Made by a program: the position numbers and the translations under genes. A DNA stretch of 64,000 bases from the IMG/VR virus record IMGVR_UViG_3300005512_002353; one strand, given 5' to 3'. Source of the stretch: a virus. Its lineage: Duplodnaviria; Caudoviricetes. Below, in pieces: positions 57,774-64,000 of this stretch (within the stretch, counting starts at the first letter, position 1; every line of letters begins with the position of its first letter). Under the pieces are notes generated by a model. The model did not search any database and was not told the DNA's origin. It worked only from the letters and a program-made list of their open reading frames with translations.

Positions 57774-58400
57774 CTATAATTTGAGATCCTTGATGAGTCG
57801 CATAACTTCACTCTTCAAGTATCTCTGCACTTTGGCGTCACCGTTAGCCTCTTTGGCCATGTCCAACACCTTATGACCGTGGTTCATATTCATGAGCCCT
57901 TCATAGATTGCTGTTGGATAAGCGTTTGGAGCACTAGGCTGTGACACTACATCGACAGTGATAATTTCAAAATCACTGACTTGTCCGTCGCTTTCAGAAA
58001 CGTTACCGCTTCCTCGGCTTGAAACTCCTAATTTAACACCAGAGGTCAACATAGTTTCCACTAGTTTACCCATTGGTGTTGGTAAAATCTTTAACTTACC
58101 GTAGCCGTTTGGGCCATCCATCCACATTTCTGTGATCATATGGCTCACTCGGTCTAGGTTAATTTTTAAGTCATCTGGGTGATCTACTTCACCTAAAACT
58201 GAGTAACCACCAGTGATCTGTTCATTGAGTGTTTTAACTGCTGTCTCAATCTCTTTCACCGGATATACTCGCTCGTTGGCGTTCTTTACACCACCCTGGA
58301 TGCAAATACCTTTCATGTAAAGGTCCTTGCCTGACTCTGAACCCTCAACGACGATGTTCGCCGCATTGTAGTTCAAGTGTTCCTTAAGGTGCATAGCCAT
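57774..58400 (-). CDS. gp21: prohead protease (gp21-like)
   Basis: KNANERVY, LGEVDHP, GVSSRGSG, DVVSQPSAP. Confidence 0.93.
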   Translation of the reverse strand: MAMHLKEHLNYNAANIVVEGSESGKDLYMKGICIQGGVKNANERVYPVKEIETAVKTLNEQITGGYSVLGEVDHPDDLKINLDRVSHMITEMWMDGPNGYGKLKILPTPMGKLVETMLTSGVKLGVSSRGSGNVSESDGQVSDFEIITVDVVSQPSAPNAYPTAIYEGLMNMNHGHKVLDMAKEANGDAKVQRYLKSEVMRLIKDLKL

Positions 58401-58415
58401 CTCAGTAGATTCCTA

Positions 58416-59219
58416 TTAGTTTACAGATTTCTTATTGTCTGCTTTATCCTGTTTCTCAGGAGCAGGTGCTGGAGCCATATTTGGCTCTGTTGTGCCATGT
58501 GGTAATTCCTTAGCTGTTGGAGCTGGTCTACCTTTTTCTGCTTCTGTTTTTGCAGGATGTGCGTCTGCTAATTTTTCTTTAGCACCGCCATTTGCTGGAA
58601 CTGGTGAAGATTTGTTAGTAGCATGGTCTTTGTTGTCTGCTTTAACAGGCTTTAAAGATACTGCTTCGTCAACTTGCTCTTCTGTTTCTTCAGCGATCTC
58701 TTCTTCAGATTCCATTGGCATTTCAACTTCCTCTTCTTCCTCGCCTTCTTCTTCAGCTTCGTCACCCATGTCCATATCCATTTCTGGCTCTTCTTCAGGT
58801 GCTTCTTCTTTGTCTTCGTCGTTCATTAATTCTTCGAATTCAGCCATTAACTCGTCTAGTTTGTCTTCTAAGTCAACTACACGGTCTTCTAAGTCTTCTT
58901 CGTCTTCGCCTTCTAAAGCAATACCTTCTTCGTCTGCTTCGATTTCGTCAACTAAGTTGTCAGCGGCATCGCCACCAAGTTCTTCGTCTGTGATTTCGTC
59001 AACGATTGACTCTTCAACAGCGTCTTCAGCAACTTCTTCAGTTGACTCTTCTACTGTCTCTTCGTCTGATTCTGTTGCTTCTTCAACAGTTTCTTCTTCA
59101 GCCATTAAGTTCTCGTAGATGTCACGAGATTTTTCCACAACTACTTCGTGGAACAACTCTTTGGCTTTATCTTCTTCATCATTAATGATGTATTCGATAA
59201 GTTGTTCAAATTTATTCAT
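58416..59219 (-). CDS. acidic prohead core protein (gp67/68-like position)
   Basis: Extremely Glu-rich, between portal and protease. Confidence 0.65.
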   Translation of the reverse strand: MNKFEQLIEYIINDEEDKAKELFHEVVVEKSRDIYENLMAEEETVEEATESDEETVEESTEEVAEDAVEESIVDEITDEELGGDAADNLVDEIEADEEGIALEGEDEEDLEDRVVDLEDKLDELMAEFEELMNDEDKEEAPEEEPEMDMDMGDEAEEEGEEEEEVEMPMESEEEIAEETEEQVDEAVSLKPVKADNKDHATNKSSPVPANGGAKEKLADAHPAKTEAEKGRPAPTAKELPHGTTEPNMAPAPAPEKQDKADNKKSVN

Positions 59220-59319
59220 TGTTATAATTCTCCATGTATGGGGCTAGTGATAGTATTTACAACTATTTTTGAATATATAGGTGTTTTTTAGCCTATTTTA
59301 GGCCAAAAAGGTGTGATTT

Positions 59320-59541
59320 TTAGAAACTTGGTGCTTCTGGTGCTGGTGCATACTGTTTCTGTATGCGAGTCAGCTTTTGTTCATGCTCAAATGCACGGAC
59401 ATCATTCATCTGACGCATCTTGCTGATCTGCTTGAGAGTCAGTTTGGTCTTGCGTAGATCTCCAAGTTTGATCTGGCCGTTGTCGTTCTCAACGTCCTGG
59501 TATCCTGGAGCGGGTCTGTCATACATTTCGTTTAAGGTCAT
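59320..59541 (-). CDS. small head-module protein
   Basis: 73 aa, RKTKLTLKQI; TAAATA-N5-ATG. Confidence 0.65.
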   Translation of the reverse strand: MTLNEMYDRPAPGYQDVENDNGQIKLGDLRKTKLTLKQISKMRQMNDVRAFEHEQKLTRIQKQYAPAPEAPSF

Positions 59542-59549
59542 AGTAATAT

Positions 59550-61274
59550 TTATGTTCCTGGAGGTGTTTCAGCACCCGGAGGTGTTTCCTCACCTGCTGG
59601 TTCAGTGATGTCTGGTGCTTCTAGGTCAGCATCTAGATCGTCAGCAGTCTCAAGATCGCCCTCAATACCGCCCGGTGATATGCCCACTGAACGCATGTCT
59701 GAACCCTGTGGTGTCAATGGTTCTGACTCTGCACGTTCTTCTGACCATAGGTTCTCATTTTCTAGTAACTCTTCTTCACTTAGTCCTAGGAATCTCTGCA
59801 TCAAGAAACGTTTACTCATGTATGGCAGTGCTTCTAACTGTCCAAACACGTTAACACGTTGGCTGTCTAGTTCTGCCTGTCTGTAACTTGCAAAGTTCTG
59901 TGGTGAATTAAACTTGATAGTAAAGATTGAACTATCAATGTTAAAGCCTCTCCAACGCAAGAACATCTTGAATTCATCGTCTAACTTCTGACTGATCTGG
60001 TTCTGCAGACGCATACAGTATTGATTAAATCTATACTCTTGGATAAGTGCTGTGCCCACACGCCCGTCATTTAACGGTGCTGGGCTGTCGTCTGGTCCGG
60101 TTGGCAAGTATGAACTTGGAACACGCAGACCTCTTGATAATTTGTTGTTAAAGTAACGCAGGTCATCAATCTCACCCAGGTTCTGTCCACCTGGTAATAC
60201 GTCAACGCTCGAACCTCTACCATCTGCTGTCGTTGGAAAGAAGTAGTCCTCGTTGATTGATAGTGGATTATATGTGGCATCCATCAAGCTACCGCCACCG
60301 CCGTTTGCTGTAGGTATTCTACGTTGATGCACTTCGTTCTTGATGCGTTCCACAAAGGCCATGGCCATGTGGCTTGGCATGTTACCCACGTCAATCTTGA
60401 ACACCCTACGCTCAGGTGCACGTTGCACCCTGTAGATCAATAGTGCGTCTTCTAACAGTTCTTTCTGTTTGAATACTTTATAAACGTTTTCCAACACTGA
60501 CATACCAAATGGCCACGAGCTATCCAATCCTTCTGATAGACTTAGATGCACCACGTGCTTGGCGTCAATGACCAATTCATTTATCGCTGTCTGGAATCTT
60601 GATCCCGCACCATATGAAGCATTGGGTGCCGTGTAGTTGTTAGGTGCTGTGTATCCGCCCTGTGTAGGAGGATTCATTGCCACATCCTGTGTGGTCTTTG
60701 CGGCTACTGTTAGGTTCTCAAAGTTTGGATTGATGTCACGGACCACATACTGCTCCGGACGCTTACCTTCTGATTCGTTGACAATAACTCTCGAAACTTT
60801 TGACATGTCAACCCAGTATAATTCAAATGTCTCTGGATCACGGATGAACACTTGATCACCATACTTGATGGTGTTGCGGAACATCTTGAATGAACGCTGA
60901 TCAAACTTGTTGAGCTTGACCCACTGCTGTAGTTGTTTCTTGACTATCTCGATCTCACGATCAGTTGGATTATCTGCGAACTCAATGTCAAATGCCGTGC
61001 CGTTCTGATCATTGGTCTGTGTCGAGAACTCTGCAATGATGTCAAGACATGCGTTGATCTCCGAGTCCATGTCCATGGCCTCATATTGGTTGTAACGCTC
61101 TACCCTGTTTGGATGTCCCGAGTATACCTCAGGCAGTCTTGATTGATAGTTACGGAATGCGAAGTCATTTTGGTTTGTTCCTCCACCCGCATAGTTCTGA
61201 TCCATGTTGATGCCACTGATTGGGCTCAATGAACCGTCCGTTCTCGCTGAAAAATTCTTTCTGTATGTTGCCAT
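59550..61274 (-). CDS. gp20: portal protein (gp20-like)
   Basis: LLEDALLIYRVQRAPERRVFKIDVGNMP, EDYFFP, LPGGQNLGEIDD. Confidence 0.95.
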   Translation of the reverse strand: MATYRKNFSARTDGSLSPISGINMDQNYAGGGTNQNDFAFRNYQSRLPEVYSGHPNRVERYNQYEAMDMDSEINACLDIIAEFSTQTNDQNGTAFDIEFADNPTDREIEIVKKQLQQWVKLNKFDQRSFKMFRNTIKYGDQVFIRDPETFELYWVDMSKVSRVIVNESEGKRPEQYVVRDINPNFENLTVAAKTTQDVAMNPPTQGGYTAPNNYTAPNASYGAGSRFQTAINELVIDAKHVVHLSLSEGLDSSWPFGMSVLENVYKVFKQKELLEDALLIYRVQRAPERRVFKIDVGNMPSHMAMAFVERIKNEVHQRRIPTANGGGGSLMDATYNPLSINEDYFFPTTADGRGSSVDVLPGGQNLGEIDDLRYFNNKLSRGLRVPSSYLPTGPDDSPAPLNDGRVGTALIQEYRFNQYCMRLQNQISQKLDDEFKMFLRWRGFNIDSSIFTIKFNSPQNFASYRQAELDSQRVNVFGQLEALPYMSKRFLMQRFLGLSEEELLENENLWSEERAESEPLTPQGSDMRSVGISPGGIEGDLETADDLDADLEAPDITEPAGEETPPGAETPPGT

Positions 61275-61358
61275 CCGTTTTTCCTAGTGTCTAGGTGTAT
61301 TTATCGACTCTATTAGATTAACGGATAAAAAGGAATGTGTCAAATTAGATTTAACCAA

Positions 61359-63296
61359 TTACGAATAGGTTGCACGGACTTGTTGTTGTCCGATCCTGTT
61401 GCCTTTGGTTAAGATCTCAATCATCTGATCCAATCTATTGACCTGTGTTTTAAGTAGATCTGTTTGCGAATTATCACTTCTAGTAGTTGTTGACATTGGT
61501 TCTGGTGCAGTCATTGTTTCAGTCACTGATGCTACACTTGCTGACATAGGTGTGTATGAGGATTTTGGTCCTGTCATGTTTTGTAGTATGCGTTCAGACG
61601 TTGATGTTGAGATCACTGATGCTGGTCCTGCTATGATCTCTGGTCCACGCTCACCTACCAAACTGATCTCTTTGGCTCCCACAGTTCCACCCAGATAATT
61701 GCTCTTTAGTTTCTCATTGATGATAGCATTTGCAATAGCATCTTGGGCAGGATTGCCAGTGTTAGCAAAAGCTCTATTTTCTTTATTTACGGCTTTAGTT
61801 GCAAGGTTGTCAACTACCAATTCTGTTGCTTTCACTTTAGCAAATTCAGCATACTCGCCCATTAATTTTTGCGTTGCACCTTCAGTTCTACCTGAAACAT
61901 CGCCTGCGGCCGCCTCAAATATCTTAGCAATTTGCTCAACGACTGCGGCCGTTGGTCCCATTCCCTCCAATACCAAGGAATCCAATGCCCTAGCATAATT
62001 TTCCAGGGCTATTTGTGCTTTGATCGCAGACTGGGTCATTTTATCGGTGGCTATGATCTGTTTGCCTTGTTCGTCAACGATCTTCTGGCCTATTTCCGTT
62101 GTCTGTTTGATGTTATTAAAGAAGTCCAATATTCCAGCGAACCCATCCGTCATTTCGCTACCGCCATCCTGGATCATACCTGCTATTGGCATTATCTCTT
62201 TAACAAATGGCTCAATGGCTGTTCTCAATTGATCAGCGGCTCTCGCTGATGTCACGGCGGCTGAATCTTGTGACTGTAGAACCTGGTCAAGTATCATCTG
62301 AATCTGATCACCGGCCGCAACCATTAATTGTCTACCTGCAGGTGTTATTGCCGCTCCACCGGTGGCGAAGATATCTTTGATGCCCTCAGCAAATCTTGGA
62401 CTTTGGGCTCCTACCGTCTGAACAAACTCCATTACACGTCTGGCGGCTTCCTCACCATACATCTGTGATATTTCTTCATATTTGGCACGGAATCTAGTCT
62501 CTGACAGTATTGCCTGTTGCTCATCTGCCAATGCCTTGCGATTGGTGCCCGTCAGTTTGCTTAATTGATCTAATTCACTGACATACTGTGCCGCGGCCCT
62601 GGACAGTTGATTTTGATCCATCCTTTGGGCTATGCCTAGTCTCGCCTGTCTGCCCACGAAGTCACCCGCAAACTCGCCAATCTCATCCACGGTCAATCCT
62701 AGAGATCTTAGCGTGTTAGAGAATTCTCCCTGATTCAACGGTGCGAGTATTCCAGTCATTGCCTGGGCACCATCAAATACAGATCCTTCTAATTTTGCCA
62801 ATGCTGACGCATTGTTCGTGATCAGCCTACCAAATCCTGTCAGGCTCATGTTTGCAACATTTGCCTGAGTTGCCAGAGTAGTAAGACCACCTGCGGCTAC
62901 ACCACCTGATCTGCTAACGTCTTGGAATGTGCCAACTGCCTGTCCCAATCGAACAACTAGGAACTTGGCTATGTCAGTTGCGGCGTCGCCTAACTTTGCT
63001 AGTCCGTCACCTGCATACGGTATGGCCGCTTGCACCAGTCCGCTGAGTGCTGATCCTAATCCTTCAACTACAGGTATCAGTGCCTCAAAACTTGCCTCAC
63101 CTGATGATAATGCCTGTGTGAAACCTTTGGCACCTTTGAGCACGTCCTTGCTACCTTGTGTAGTAGCCTGTTTGAATCGTTGCATGGCATTGCCGGCCTG
63201 TGCCAGTTGCTTTGCTGTCTCATCAGAAACCTTGCCTAGGGTTTGGACCTCCCTAGTGGCCGTCTGCAATATCCGTTCTAATTCTTGTTCATCCAT
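61359..63296 (-). CDS. tape-measure/baseplate-hub-like protein
   Basis: 645-aa A/G/Q-rich helical protein, C-terminal LVGERGPEII motif. Confidence 0.6.
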   Translation of the reverse strand: MDEQELERILQTATREVQTLGKVSDETAKQLAQAGNAMQRFKQATTQGSKDVLKGAKGFTQALSSGEASFEALIPVVEGLGSALSGLVQAAIPYAGDGLAKLGDAATDIAKFLVVRLGQAVGTFQDVSRSGGVAAGGLTTLATQANVANMSLTGFGRLITNNASALAKLEGSVFDGAQAMTGILAPLNQGEFSNTLRSLGLTVDEIGEFAGDFVGRQARLGIAQRMDQNQLSRAAAQYVSELDQLSKLTGTNRKALADEQQAILSETRFRAKYEEISQMYGEEAARRVMEFVQTVGAQSPRFAEGIKDIFATGGAAITPAGRQLMVAAGDQIQMILDQVLQSQDSAAVTSARAADQLRTAIEPFVKEIMPIAGMIQDGGSEMTDGFAGILDFFNNIKQTTEIGQKIVDEQGKQIIATDKMTQSAIKAQIALENYARALDSLVLEGMGPTAAVVEQIAKIFEAAAGDVSGRTEGATQKLMGEYAEFAKVKATELVVDNLATKAVNKENRAFANTGNPAQDAIANAIINEKLKSNYLGGTVGAKEISLVGERGPEIIAGPASVISTSTSERILQNMTGPKSSYTPMSASVASVTETMTAPEPMSTTTRSDNSQTDLLKTQVNRLDQMIEILTKGNRIGQQQVRATYS

Positions 63297-63363
63297 TAAT
63301 TAACTACCCAGTAATATACGCATATAAATATTCGTGTTATATAACTATTTATGGTATTTAAAT

Positions 63364-64000
63364 ATGGGCGAAAATAACCCCTTACAGAAGTATTTTAGAC
63401 AGCCTGCTATCTATGTTAGACTGCCTAGCGAAGGTAAGTTTTATCCACCAGGCGCACTAGACATGCCTGCTAATGGAGAACTTCCTGTATACCCAATGTC
63501 AGCATTGGATGAAATTATCACAAGAACACCAGACGCACTATTCAACGGTTCAGCCGTGATACAACTATTTCAAAGTTGTATTCCTAACATTAAAGATGCC
63601 TGGGCTGTTCCACAGATTGACGTAGACATGTTGTTGACTGCTATTCGTATTGCTAGTTATGGACACGAAATGGAAATGTCCACTACTTGTCCAAAATGCA
63701 ACGAAGCACAGGACTATGCACTAGACCTTCGTGAAGTTATTGACAAATACCATTCACCAGATTACAAAACATCAATTAAAGTCAGCGACATGGAAATATA
63801 TTTCCGCCCATTGACTTACTATCAGGTCAACGAAACGTCCAAGGCACAGTTCCAACAGCAGAAGATGATACAAGCATCTACTACCAATGAGGAAATGTCT
63901 GATGAGGATCGCATAGCGGCTATGAGTCAAGCACTGACAGAGATAACCAAAATGACTATGGAAAATCTCAGTGACAGTATTGCTGTTATTAAAACTGCTG
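63364..64000 (+). CDS. gp26: baseplate hub subunit (gp26-like), truncated by window edge
   Basis: MGENNPLQKYFRQPAIYVRLPSEGKFY...PM.ALDE...PDALFNG...AIRIASYG...CPKC. Confidence 0.75.
   Translation, partial: MGENNPLQKYFRQPAIYVRLPSEGKFYPPGALDMPANGELPVYPMSALDEIITRTPDALFNGSAVIQLFQSCIPNIKDAWAVPQIDVDMLLTAIRIASYGHEMEMSTTCPKCNEAQDYALDLREVIDKYHSPDYKTSIKVSDMEIYFRPLTYYQVNETSKAQFQQQKMIQASTTNEEMSDEDRIAAMSQALTEITKMTMENLSDSIAVIKTA

Noticed and set aside
58435-59118. 227-aa Ser-rich plus-strand ORF
   Set aside because: Antisense shadow of GAA/GAC-rich codons in the acidic core gene; no RBS or promoter.
1-64000. Stop-codon reassignment, as in some large phages
   Set aside because: Core genes are full length in the standard code, and TAA, TAG and TGA all terminate genes.
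1-64000. tRNA genes, CRISPR arrays, introns or inteins in terminase, UvsX or capsid genes
   Set aside because: No cloverleaf or repeat-spacer arrays seen in the short intergenic gaps; core proteins are of normal length and uninterrupted.

Overview
This window is a 64-kb segment of a large T4-like (myovirus-type) bacteriophage genome, using the standard genetic code and encoded mostly on the minus strand. In order it holds: the start of UvsW and an AAA ATPase; a ~7-kb glycan-modification cluster (GT-A enzymes, four KpsC/KpsS-like GT-B paralogues, FkbM and class I methyltransferases); the recombination genes uvsY, uvsX and gp32, interleaved with four radical-SAM genes, a sulfotransferase-like gene and an SDR; the large terminase, followed by a block of putative head/internal proteins; gp4, tail tube, an oversized sheath, dNMP kinase, an exonuclease and neck genes gp13/14/15; a block of Ser/Thr-rich fibre genes; the head module (gp23, gp22, gp21, core protein, gp20); a tape-measure-like gene and the start of gp26. 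The main observations not explained by routine annotation are four. (1) A family of genes shares T4-CTS-like N-terminal tags ending in Glu and appears to be built as Glu-linked polyproteins of small basic or Cys-paired modules, with a shared LxxLAG motif also found at the scaffold C-terminus. (2) At least seven genes have an exact TAAATA-N5-ATG arrangement, implying systematic leaderless late mRNAs. (3) An unannotated 47-aa peptide has 10 Cys. (4) Several virion genes have structured RNA leaders. All product calls rest on motif recognition by eye; no database searches were run.
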